Positions 23,786 through 32,537 of a stretch of DNA of 64,000 bases are shown here, one piece after another. The DNA is taken from positions 78,818-142,817 of the forward strand of contig ONKA01000002.1 in NCBI GenBank assembly GCA_900318265.1, read 5' to 3'. How positions within the stretch are numbered: position 1 is the stretch's first letter; the number at the start of each line of letters is the position of its first letter. The notes beneath the pieces are model-generated. The model was given only the letters and a program-made list of their open reading frames with translations. It was not told the origin of the DNA and did not search any database. Made by a program: the position numbers and the translations under genes. The DNA is from an uncultured Bacteroidales bacterium (GTDB taxonomy: Bacteria > Bacteroidota > Bacteroidia > Bacteroidales > F082).

Positions 23786-25957
23786 ATGAAAAAAATAGTA
23801 CTATTCATCATGTCGGTGATGGCCTTCACAGGCATAAGTGTGGCCCAAGATGTGTACACTGCTGGTTTTAATTATAACGAAGTAAGTACTGAGAACTCCA
23901 CAGTCTTCAAGAACGGAGAACTGCTTTATTCTCAAGGCGATGACCCCTCTTTTTATCACATTTCCTATGACGTGCTTTGTCTGGATGGCAATGTGTATTG
24001 GGTGGATTATTATTACAATACGAATACGGGTGAAGAACACGGCAATGTCTACAAAAATGCCAATTCTTATCTGGTGAATGAAGATGGGACATGCGTCTAT
24101 GCATTGTTTACCGATGGCACTGATGTCTATGCCGCTGGTTATAAGATCGTCAACACGGTCAAAACACCTGCAGTCTGGAAGGGCTCTTCATCTACTCCAT
24201 TCATCCTATTCGACACTGGAGGCAACGAAGGCGAGATAGAGAAGGCGCTCATTGTTGATGGTATTGTCTACGCCTGTGGGCAGAAGTTTAACGGCAATGG
24301 CTACGAAGGCGTTGTGTGGGATTCAGACAATGGAGAACTTTTTAACTTTGGCGAACGTAACTACGCCGATGACATTACTGTGTACAATGGCAGTGTTTAT
24401 ACTATAGTCAACCAAAGATCAGACGATTGGAAGGCATCGGTGTATTGCGATTCCTACGAGTTTTACGAATTGACGGATTATGGAGGAGCCTATGCCCTTA
24501 GCATGGACGCGGGTGATCTTTATATCTATGGGGATGACCACAATGTTCACACAGTGTGGAAAAACGATCAAGTTTTATATTCGCATCCGGAACTGAATGA
24601 TTATCCTGTTGATATTGTGTCCAATAGTCAAGGTGTTTATTATTTGACAAGCCATTCGACATATAAAGACGGCCACGGCCAATATGTCTGCAAATTTAAC
24701 AGTGCCATGTTCGTCGATGTTGATTGTAAGAACTATACCGCTCGTAACCTGCCTTATTATGAGAGTTTCGAGACTGGAACAACGGATTGGGAATGTTGGG
24801 CTCAAATGGATTTCGACCACCAAAATGGTGGCTATGCTTCCTATTGGCAAAGGATGGGTCAGGATGGCGCCGTTAGTCCAGCTGCAGATGACTATTGCGC
24901 CGTGCATAGATTCAACAGCGACTATAATCAAGATGGTTGGCTAACCACTCCGCTCATCAGCATTCCTGCAGGCGGCAGTGTCACGATGTCATTCAAGACC
25001 TATGAACGGTATTCCAGCGACTATGGTTATGAGGGCGTATGGGTGGTTGAAGGCGGACATAAAGTGTTGGGCGATGAGGTATGGACACAAACCGAACCTT
25101 TGGACGAATGGAAGACGGTCACCATAGATCTCTCTGCCTATCAAGGAAAAGATGTTGAAATTGATTTCAGATACAATGGCTTAAACGCCCACAGCTGGTA
25201 CATCGACGATATCATGATTACCTCCGATTTCCAACCTTGTCCGCCCGTCACTGCACCTTATGCTGAGCATTTCGATACGGGTTTGGGTGAGTGTATGTAT
25301 GTGTTTGAAACCGACCATGATGGAAGTTGCTGGGAATGGCATCTCGGGTATCAAGCTGCACTCCACCCGAATGGTGGAGGCAGTAACCAAGGAGGCGCCT
25401 TATTGACACCGAGTGTCACGCTTCCGACAGGTAATGCCTATCAACTGAACTTCGATTATCGTGCCCTAATACCTACAAAGGGAGAATCGATTGCACCAGT
25501 GGAATTTAGTGTTTGGATGGGAGTGGACGGTAATGGCCTTGGTGATTTGGATGATTTCAATGAGATTTGGAGGAAGATCCCTGTCGCGAGTATTAATGAG
25601 TTTGAGACTGTTACCTATGACCTTACGCCGTTTTCTGGTCACTCAGTGCAGTTTGGATTTGTCTATGAAGGCAACGGCGAGTATGGTTGGCTTCTCGACA
25701 ATATTGAGGTGGTGGAGAAAACTGGTGTGGAGGAGAACGGAATTGGTAGCTTGACTGTCTATCCCAACCATGCCAACGACCGCATCCGCATCGAAGGTCT
25801 TGAGGCCGACAGCGAGGTGCAACTCTTCAACGTCGTGGGCGAGTTGGTAAAGACCGTCAAGGTGGATGCCAACAGCGAAATCGACATCACAGAACTGGCG
25901 TCAGGACTATACATGGTGCGCTGTGGCAATGCAAGTTTACGCTTCGTGAAGGAATAA
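23786..25957 (+). CDS. T9SS-secreted protein with two cleaved-adhesin / choice-of-anchor-J-like domains and a type-A CTD
   Basis: Signal peptide MKKIVLFIMSVMAFTGISVA. Two domains start ..LPYYESFETGTTDWECW.. and ..APYAEHFDTGLGEC... The C-terminus ..LTVYPNHANDRIRIEG..LASGLYMVRCGN.. is a T9SS CTD. Confidence 0.88.
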   Translation: MKKIVLFIMSVMAFTGISVAQDVYTAGFNYNEVSTENSTVFKNGELLYSQGDDPSFYHISYDVLCLDGNVYWVDYYYNTNTGEEHGNVYKNANSYLVNEDGTCVYALFTDGTDVYAAGYKIVNTVKTPAVWKGSSSTPFILFDTGGNEGEIEKALIVDGIVYACGQKFNGNGYEGVVWDSDNGELFNFGERNYADDITVYNGSVYTIVNQRSDDWKASVYCDSYEFYELTDYGGAYALSMDAGDLYIYGDDHNVHTVWKNDQVLYSHPELNDYPVDIVSNSQGVYYLTSHSTYKDGHGQYVCKFNSAMFVDVDCKNYTARNLPYYESFETGTTDWECWAQMDFDHQNGGYASYWQRMGQDGAVSPAADDYCAVHRFNSDYNQDGWLTTPLISIPAGGSVTMSFKTYERYSSDYGYEGVWVVEGGHKVLGDEVWTQTEPLDEWKTVTIDLSAYQGKDVEIDFRYNGLNAHSWYIDDIMITSDFQPCPPVTAPYAEHFDTGLGECMYVFETDHDGSCWEWHLGYQAALHPNGGGSNQGGALLTPSVTLPTGNAYQLNFDYRALIPTKGESIAPVEFSVWMGVDGNGLGDLDDFNEIWRKIPVASINEFETVTYDLTPFSGHSVQFGFVYEGNGEYGWLLDNIEVVEKTGVEENGIGSLTVYPNHANDRIRIEGLEADSEVQLFNVVGELVKTVKVDANSEIDITELASGLYMVRCGNASLRFVKE

Positions 25958-25961
25958 AGCC

Positions 25962-26035
25962 ACTATGGCTTATGGCAAATGGCCTATGGCTCGCCCACGT
26001 TGGGACAGCCATAGGCCATTGTCATAAGCCATAGT
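25962..26035. repeat. palindromic heptamer-periodic element, copy A (ATGGCnn repeats)
   Basis: Left arm ACTATGGCTTATGGCAAATGGCCTATGGCT, a 15-nt loop, and right arm AGCCATAGGCCATTGTCATAAGCCATAGT. It lies between convergent genes. Confidence 0.9.
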
Positions 26036-26043
26036 CAAGAAGA

Positions 26044-27930
26044 CTACTCCAAATAAGTATATCCGTACAACCCGGAACGATAGTTGGAAAGGAACTCTTT
26101 GCCTTCTTCCACCGAAATCTTTCCTTCCTTGACGCACTTGGTGACCCAGGTCTCCACCGTGCGGACGAGTTTCTTCGGGCTGTATTGCACGTATTCGAGC
26201 ACGTCGGCCACGGTCTCGCCATCGATGACTTGGTCGATGTAGTAGCCTTTTTCGTCCACAGAGACGTGTACGGCATTGGTGTCGCCAAATAGGTTGTGCA
26301 AGTCGCCCAAAATCTCTTGATAGGCACCTACGAGGAAGACGCCGATATAATAATGCTCCTTGTCGCTGAACGAGTGCAACGGGATGGTGTGTTGCGTCGA
26401 CTTGGCGACAAAGTTGGTGATTTTGCCATCGCTGTCGCAGGTGATGTCTTGCAGGGTGGCGAGGTGGGTCGGATTCTCGTCAAGTCTTTGGATGGGGATG
26501 ATGGGGAAAAGTTGGTCGATGGCCCAGAGGTCGGGCAACGACTGGAACAACGAGAAGTTGCAGAAGTATTTGTCGGCAAGCAGCTTGGGTAGTGAGGTGA
26601 AGTCCTCGGGCACACGCTTTAGGCTGTTGGCGATGTGGTTCACTTCGCGGGCGATACTCCAGAACAATCTTTCAATCTTGGCGCGCGACTTGAGGTCGAG
26701 CAGGCCGAGGCTGAACAGGTTGAGGGCTTCTTCACGGATCTCTTGGGCATCGTGCCAGATTTCCAAGGATGAGCTCTTGGTGAGTTCGTCCCAAGAATCG
26801 TAAAGCTCTTTGATGAGTTCGTGGTCGTTCTCTTCGGGTTCTTCATTGTCGTCCCATTCGGGCAGCGAGGTCTTTTCCAGCACCTCGAAGATGAGCACGG
26901 AGTGGTGCGCCGTCAAGGCACGACCCGACTCGCAGATGACGTTGGGGTGGGGTAGTTCGTTCTTGTCGCAGGCGTCGACGATGGTGTAGATGGCGTTGTT
27001 GGCGTATTCCTGGATGCTGTAGTTGACCGAGCTGGCACTGCTTGAGCTGGTGCCGTCGTAGTCGACGCCGAGGCCGCCGCCCATGTCGACATATTCGATA
27101 TGGTAGCCCATCTTGTAGAGTTGCACATAGAACTGTGCCGCCTCACGCAAGGCTACATTGATTTTCTTGATCTTGCTGACTTGGCTGCCGATGTGGTAGT
27201 GTACCAGCTTCAGGCAGTCTTTCATGTCGTGTTCCTCGAGGAAGTCAAGGGCTTCGAGGAGTTCGGAGGAGGTGAGGCCGAATTTGCTGCCGTCGCCGCC
27301 CGATTCTTCCCATTTGCCTGCTCCAGAGCTGGCTAACTTGATGCGTACACCCAGGTTAGGCGTGACCTTCAGACGTCGGGCGATTTTTGCCGTAATCTTC
27401 AGCTCATTGAGTTTCTCGATGACGATGATGATCTTACGGCCCATCTTCTGGGCAAGTAAGGCGAGCTCGATGAATTCCTCGTCCTTATAACCATTGCAGA
27501 CGATGAGTGAGTCGGAGTCGGTGCCAAGGGCGATGATGGCGTGGAGCTCGGGCTTGGAGCCGGCCTCCAGACCGATGTTGCACTTCTTGCCGTGGCTGAC
27601 GATCTCTTCGACCACGGGGCGCATCTGGTTCACCTTGATGGGCATCACCACGAAGTTTTGGCCGTGGAACTCGTATTCCTTGGCGGCCTCCTTGAAGCAG
27701 GAGTCGATCTTGTTGATGCGGTCGTCAAGGATGTCGGGGAAACGCAACAGCATGGGAGCCGAGACATCGCGGAGCGACAACTCGTCAACCAGTTCCGGCA
27801 GGTCGACAGAGGCACAGCCTTCCTTGGGTGTCACGACCATGTGGCCTTTTTCGTTGATGGAAAAATAACTACCTCCCCAACCTTTTACGTTGTAAAGGTC
27901 TTCGGAGTCTTCGATGCGCCATTTTCTCAT
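26044..27930 (-). CDS. speA: biosynthetic arginine decarboxylase
   Basis: 628 aa, starting MRKWRIEDSEDLYNVKGWGGSYFSINEKGHMVV.., with a PLP-fold decarboxylase body. Confidence 0.93.
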   Translation of the reverse strand: MRKWRIEDSEDLYNVKGWGGSYFSINEKGHMVVTPKEGCASVDLPELVDELSLRDVSAPMLLRFPDILDDRINKIDSCFKEAAKEYEFHGQNFVVMPIKVNQMRPVVEEIVSHGKKCNIGLEAGSKPELHAIIALGTDSDSLIVCNGYKDEEFIELALLAQKMGRKIIIVIEKLNELKITAKIARRLKVTPNLGVRIKLASSGAGKWEESGGDGSKFGLTSSELLEALDFLEEHDMKDCLKLVHYHIGSQVSKIKKINVALREAAQFYVQLYKMGYHIEYVDMGGGLGVDYDGTSSSSASSVNYSIQEYANNAIYTIVDACDKNELPHPNVICESGRALTAHHSVLIFEVLEKTSLPEWDDNEEPEENDHELIKELYDSWDELTKSSSLEIWHDAQEIREEALNLFSLGLLDLKSRAKIERLFWSIAREVNHIANSLKRVPEDFTSLPKLLADKYFCNFSLFQSLPDLWAIDQLFPIIPIQRLDENPTHLATLQDITCDSDGKITNFVAKSTQHTIPLHSFSDKEHYYIGVFLVGAYQEILGDLHNLFGDTNAVHVSVDEKGYYIDQVIDGETVADVLEYVQYSPKKLVRTVETWVTKCVKEGKISVEEGKEFLSNYRSGLYGYTYLE

Positions 27931-27968
27931 TTCGCTTTGTTTTTTCTAATTGGTTTGTTCAACAAGTT

Positions 27969-28010
27969 GAGGTCCCTGAGCCCTGAGCCTGTCGAAGGGT
28001 CGAAGGGCCG
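27969..28010. repeat. GGTCCCTGAGCC..GTCGAAGGGCC element, single arm with internal duplications (speA 5' UTR region)
   Basis: GAGGTCCCTGAGCCCTGAGCCTGTCGAAGGGTCGAAGGGCCG. Confidence 0.85.
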
Positions 28011-28031
28011 TATTCATTATCAAATGGGCTG

Positions 28032-28039
28032 CAAAACTA
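28032..28039 (-). promoter_or_regulatory. -7 box TAGTTTTG (speA)
   Basis: Plus strand reads CAAAACTA. The predicted ~95-nt 5' UTR contains repeat 27969-28010. Confidence 0.45.
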
Positions 28040-28070
28040 TTAAAAATATTCGTTTTATTGCAGTTTTCCT

Positions 28071-28088
28071 TATTTTTGCGCAAAATTA
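28071..28088. promoter_or_regulatory. near-palindrome TATTTTTGCGCAAAATTA: back-to-back -7 boxes (plus half serves the BadF-type ATPase gene)
   Basis: TATTTTTG on the plus strand (28071-78) and TAATTTTG on the minus strand (28081-88). ATG is at 28096. Confidence 0.55.
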
Positions 28089-28095
28089 AACATCT

Positions 28096-28920
28096 ATGAG
28101 GCTCATTATCGACGCCGGATCGACCAAAATGGAATGGATCCTGATGGAAGGAAACGAGCTGAAATCGCGTTTCATGACCGAGGGATTCAACCCCAATTAT
28201 TCCGACAGGCAATGCCTTGTAGAGACGTGCCATGGCGCGTCTCTACCCAACGAAATCCATTCGATTCATTATTATGGCACGGGTTGCGGCAATCCCCAGA
28301 ATTGCCAAATGATCAAAGAGGTGTTCCAATACCGTTTTCCTAATGCGGAAATTAACGTTACCCATGATCTGATGGCTGCCTGCCACGCTGTTTTGGGTCA
28401 CGAAAAAGGCATCGCCTGTATTTTGGGAACGGGGTCGAATGCCTGTGTTTATGATGGGGAGAAGGTGATTGATAAGGCTGTTTCCCTTGGATATCTCGTC
28501 GGCGACGAAGGTAGCGGCATGCACATTGGCAAGGAAGTGGTGAGGGCTTATTTCTATGGTTTCATGCCTGAGGATTTGAGGCGGCAATTCGAAGCTAAGT
28601 ATCCTCTGGAGTTGAAAGAGTTCATCCAGCATTTGTATCATGAGGAACAACCTTCCAAATACTTGGCCTCGTTTGCCGAATTTGCGGGCGAGCATAAGGC
28701 GCATCCTTATATTCGAGGGTTGGTGAAAGGTTGCTTCAAGGCCTTTGTCGAAGCCTTTATTCTCCGCTTCGGTGAATGCCGTTCGCTGAAGGTGGGTTTC
28801 GTAGGGTCGGTGGCTTATTATTTCAGCGATGTGCTGGAAGAGACGCTGGCCGATTATGGCCTCACGTTGGGCAAGGTTTTGAAGTCTCCTGCCGAGGGGC
28901 TGGTGCGATATTACCAATAA
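28096..28920 (+). CDS. BadF/BadG/BcrA/BcrD-type ATPase (N-acetylglucosamine kinase-like)
   Basis: ASKHA-fold motifs: MRLIIDAGSTKMEW, YYGTGCG, CILGTGSNAC, GYLVGDEGSG. Confidence 0.85.
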   Translation: MRLIIDAGSTKMEWILMEGNELKSRFMTEGFNPNYSDRQCLVETCHGASLPNEIHSIHYYGTGCGNPQNCQMIKEVFQYRFPNAEINVTHDLMAACHAVLGHEKGIACILGTGSNACVYDGEKVIDKAVSLGYLVGDEGSGMHIGKEVVRAYFYGFMPEDLRRQFEAKYPLELKEFIQHLYHEEQPSKYLASFAEFAGEHKAHPYIRGLVKGCFKAFVEAFILRFGECRSLKVGFVGSVAYYFSDVLEETLADYGLTLGKVLKSPAEGLVRYYQ

Positions 28921-28938
28921 ATGTATATCTTTGTGGCG

Positions 28939-30918
28939 ATGAAAAAACTGATTTTACTCATAGGATGCCTCTGGATGACGGCTTCGGTCGCGGCGCATGA
29001 GATCGACAGCCTGTATAACGCTTTTCTCACAAGCCGTGGCGAAAATGCGGTGCGTTTAGCCAACGAGATAGTGACTATGGCGGGCGACTCGGCTGGCTTT
29101 ACCAATGATACTCCGTCGGAGGCAATGAACGATAAATTGCTTAAGACGCTGATTTTTTGGCATTTCGACCGCACTGAGATGGTGGAAGTCATAAGCTATG
29201 CCAACAAAGCCATTGAGCAATACAGCCAAAAAGATGACCTTTTCAATATGGCGGGCTGTTACAACACTCTAGGAGTGGCCTACCAACGCATGGCTCAACT
29301 TGAAGAGGCTATTGACAGCTACAACCGTTGTAATGAACTTATGATGCAGCTCAACGAACAGGAAGCCAATCCGTTTTACGAACGAAATATACGTTACACT
29401 ACCAACAATATGGCGGCCATCTATTCCTCAATGGGAGAATTGGATAGGGCAGAGGAAATGAATTCCAAGTGCATCAACATGATGGGCGAGTTGAAGGAAG
29501 ACCGTGACTACCTGGATATGGCTACCTACCTGAACAATCTTGCCGACATTTATCTCTCGCAATCGGAACGGATCGAAGGACAGCGTAGAAGGGAAAAGGT
29601 TGAGAAGGCCATAGCCCTTTCGGAACAGGCCTTGGATTATTCGCTGCATCACAATGACTCGCCTAATAAGGTCGTCCAGCGCAGGATGGTGGTTGCGCGC
29701 TCCTATTTTGCTGCTGGTCGGGAAGATGAAGCCTTTTCGATGCTTGAGGAGGCTTTGCATTTGGCTGAGTCAGAAGAAGACATTTTCCTTCAAGCTGAGA
29801 TTGAGATTTTGTTCGGCCATTTTCGTCTTACCAAAGGACAATACAAGGATTCGGAAGCCCATTTCCAGAAAGCCATAGCCTTTTCAAAGGAAGGCCAATT
29901 CGACGAATGCCTGCTCAATGCCTATAGGGGGGCAAGTGAAGCATCGAGGAAATATGATGCTAAAAAAGCCTTGGAGTATTTTGAGTTAAGCACAGCCCTT
30001 AAAGACTCGATTTTCAATGAGAGTCAGCTGGCCCTTATTCGTGATTATCAAGTGAGGTATGACCTGGCCGAGAAAGAGCACCAACTTGAGATCCAAGAGA
30101 AAAACAACCGGACGCAAGCCGCCGAAATCATCATACTTTTTGTGTTTGCCGGACTGCTCATTGTCATCATGGTTATCTTGATTCGCTTGATTCGTGTCAG
30201 GAAAAAGCAGAATCAGACTTTGGCGCGGCTCAACGACACCCAAAACCGAATTCTTTCGGTGGCTTCTCACGATGTGAAGAACTCGGTGCTGGCGCAGAAC
30301 ATGGTGTTGAAATTGGCCAATGAGCATTTCGACAGCCTCAGTCGCGAGGAGTTGAAGGAGAACATGGTGGCACTGAAGAAGGGCTCCGATGAGTTGAAAG
30401 ACAAGCTTTATACCATCCTTCACTGGATCTATGGCGAGTTGGGCAAGGAAGCCAATCCACCTGCATTGTTCAACCTTCTGCAGACCGTGGAGGAGGGTGT
30501 GAGGCCTCATGTCGAAGAGCTGAAATCCAAGAACCTTGTGGTGGTTAACGACATTGCGCCCAACCTGCAATGCTATGACAAGGTCAACGTGTTCAATATC
30601 GTTTTCCAAAACCTGCTCACCAATGCCATCAAGTTCTCCAAGGAGGGAGGCGAGATTACGGTGAGGGCTGTTGAGGAAGACAAGCAGGTTTGGGTCGAGG
30701 TGGTTGACCGTGGAGTAGGCATCAGCCAACAGCGCATGCAAGAGTTGATGCACGAAACGGTGAAGCCTACTAAAGGCACATACGGCGAGCGAGGCACGGG
30801 CATAGGCCTGTTCGTGAGTCGTCAGCTGATGGTGAAAAACGGTGGACAATTGCTCATCGAAAGCGTCGAAGGCGAAGGAACAACAATACGGTTTAACATA
30901 AAGAAGCCAAAGCCATGA
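28939..30918 (+). CDS. TPR-containing sensor histidine kinase
   Basis: MKKLILLIGCLWMTASVAA signal, periplasmic TPR repeats and TM helix IIILFVFAGLLIVIMVILIRLI. The H-box is LSVASHDVKNS and the ATPase domain contains ..GTGIGLFVSRQLMVKNGG... An alternative ATG at 28921 abuts the upstream stop. Confidence 0.88.
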   Translation: MKKLILLIGCLWMTASVAAHEIDSLYNAFLTSRGENAVRLANEIVTMAGDSAGFTNDTPSEAMNDKLLKTLIFWHFDRTEMVEVISYANKAIEQYSQKDDLFNMAGCYNTLGVAYQRMAQLEEAIDSYNRCNELMMQLNEQEANPFYERNIRYTTNNMAAIYSSMGELDRAEEMNSKCINMMGELKEDRDYLDMATYLNNLADIYLSQSERIEGQRRREKVEKAIALSEQALDYSLHHNDSPNKVVQRRMVVARSYFAAGREDEAFSMLEEALHLAESEEDIFLQAEIEILFGHFRLTKGQYKDSEAHFQKAIAFSKEGQFDECLLNAYRGASEASRKYDAKKALEYFELSTALKDSIFNESQLALIRDYQVRYDLAEKEHQLEIQEKNNRTQAAEIIILFVFAGLLIVIMVILIRLIRVRKKQNQTLARLNDTQNRILSVASHDVKNSVLAQNMVLKLANEHFDSLSREELKENMVALKKGSDELKDKLYTILHWIYGELGKEANPPALFNLLQTVEEGVRPHVEELKSKNLVVVNDIAPNLQCYDKVNVFNIVFQNLLTNAIKFSKEGGEITVRAVEEDKQVWVEVVDRGVGISQQRMQELMHETVKPTKGTYGERGTGIGLFVSRQLMVKNGGQLLIESVEGEGTTIRFNIKKPKP

Positions 30919-31550
30919 TACAAAAAGACAAAATCAGAATCCTATTGGTGGAAGACCACCCGCTTTATCGTGTCGGCCTACACATGGCCTTGTCCTATTC
31001 TGGCTTGGCCTGTGTGCTCAAGTCAGAGGCCGAAAACGTAGCTCAGGCCTTGGATTTTCTTCAGCATCACTCCGACGAAGTCGACTTGATCCTGCTCGAC
31101 TATTTCTTGCCTGATGGTACCGGCATGGATGTGTTGAAAGTGGCCAAACAGCGTTTTCCCAGAATCAAAGTGTTGCTGGTGTCGGGCGAGGACAACAACC
31201 CCGAACTCGATGCCATGATTCAAGCTGGTCTCAATGGCTTTGTCAGCAAGGACGTCACCCCACAAGGCCTTGCTACGGTCATCACATCTGTTTTTGCAGG
31301 TAAGGACTATTTTGGCCATGACTCCGAGGAACTCTCGTCGGAAGGTGCAAGGAAAAGTGAAAGCCTCACGCAACGCGAACTCGACATTATCCGCCTCTGC
31401 GCCTTGGGCAAGACCTCAAAGGAAATCGCAGACGAGCTCTTTATCAGTGCTCGTACGGTGGAATCACATAAAAACAAGATTTTCAATAAGTTGGGTTGTG
31501 ATTCGACCACCGAAATGGTAAACTATGCCTTCTTGAATGGTTTGGTTTGA
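30915..31550 (+). CDS. LuxR/NarL-family response regulator
   Basis: Receiver domain (IRILLVEDHPLYRVGL.., DLILLDYFLPDGTG) plus a LuxR HTH (LTQRELDIIRLCALGKTSKEIADELFISARTVESHKNKIF). Its start overlaps the kinase stop (ATGA). Confidence 0.93.
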   Translation: MIQKDKIRILLVEDHPLYRVGLHMALSYSGLACVLKSEAENVAQALDFLQHHSDEVDLILLDYFLPDGTGMDVLKVAKQRFPRIKVLLVSGEDNNPELDAMIQAGLNGFVSKDVTPQGLATVITSVFAGKDYFGHDSEELSSEGARKSESLTQRELDIIRLCALGKTSKEIADELFISARTVESHKNKIFNKLGCDSTTEMVNYAFLNGLV

Positions 31551-32476
31551 CGAATGACTTCCTCCAAATCGTCAGTTGTTACCCATTGGTAACTTGTGTC
31601 TTTTCTTAACCACGTCATCTGCCGCTTGGCATATTGGCGCGTGTGGATTTTGATTTGTTCAATGGCATCTTCGAGGGAACAACTGCCGTCGAAATAGGCA
31701 AATAATTCTTTGTAACCTACAGTGTTCAAGGCGTTCAAGTCCCGTTTGGGATAGAGCGCCTTGGCTTCGTTGAGTAGCCCTTGTTCCATCATCATGTCCA
31801 CACGCTTGTCGATGCGCTCGATAAGTTGCTGGCGGTCCCACAAGATGGCGTATTTCTTGATGTCGAAGTCGCGTTTGACGGTGTTGCCACTGCGGAAAGA
31901 GGAAAAAGGCTTTTCAGTTTGGTAGCAAACCTCCAAGGCACGTTGCAGACGGCGTGGGTTCTGTTGGTCTACGATGGCGTAATAGTCGGAGTCGAGACGC
32001 TGCACTTCGTCTTGCAGGGCTTTCAAGCCGCCTTCGTCAAACAGTTTTTGTACTTTTTCCCTGATTTCAGGCTCAACGTCAGGCATGGCGTCGATGCCGT
32101 TGCACACCGCGTCAATGAAGAGGCCAGAGCCGCCGGTCATGACAACAGCGTCATGGGTTTTGAACAGCTCGCCCAGCAATTGTAAGGCGTCGCGCTCATA
32201 GTCGGCAACGTCGTATTTGTCCTCGATGCTGATGTGATGCACAAAATAATGCTTGGCTTGACTCAGTTCATCCTCGGTGGGTGCTGCCGTACCGATGCTC
32301 ATCTCCTTATAGAACTGTCGGCTATCGGCGGAGAGGATGACGGTGCCCAAAGCCTTGGCCACTTTAATGGCGAAAGCGGTCTTACCTGAGGCGGTGGGGC
32401 CAGCGATGACGACTAAGGTTTTCTTATTAGTAGGGTACGGGCCCTTCGACAGGCTCAGGGACCCTTCGCTTTTCAT
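31523..32476 (-). CDS. miaA: tRNA dimethylallyltransferase
   Basis: P-loop ..LVVIAGPTASGKTAFAIKVAK.., then ..SADSRQFYKEMSIGTAAPT... The start is ambiguous. ATG 32474-32476 lies in the loop of a palindromic repeat. The upstream ATG 32534-32536 would put the whole repeat in frame. The 3' end overlaps the convergent response regulator by 28 nt. Confidence 0.88.
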   Translation of the reverse strand: MKSEGSLSLSKGPYPTNKKTLVVIAGPTASGKTAFAIKVAKALGTVILSADSRQFYKEMSIGTAAPTEDELSQAKHYFVHHISIEDKYDVADYERDALQLLGELFKTHDAVVMTGGSGLFIDAVCNGIDAMPDVEPEIREKVQKLFDEGGLKALQDEVQRLDSDYYAIVDQQNPRRLQRALEVCYQTEKPFSSFRSGNTVKRDFDIKKYAILWDRQQLIERIDKRVDMMMEQGLLNEAKALYPKRDLNALNTVGYKELFAYFDGSCSLEDAIEQIKIHTRQYAKRQMTWLRKDTSYQWVTTDDLEEVIRQTKPFKKA

Positions 32477-32509
32477 AAGGCTAAGGTCCCTGAGCTCGTC
32501 GAAGGGCCG
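32438..32509. repeat. complete palindromic copy of the same element, overlapping the miaA start region
   Basis: Left arm CGGGCCCTTCGACAGGCTCAGGGACC, a 21-nt loop, and right arm GGTCCCTGAGCTCGTCGAAGGGCCG. Confidence 0.9.
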
Positions 32510-32537
32510 ATTTATATGGTTTATGCCATTATCCATT

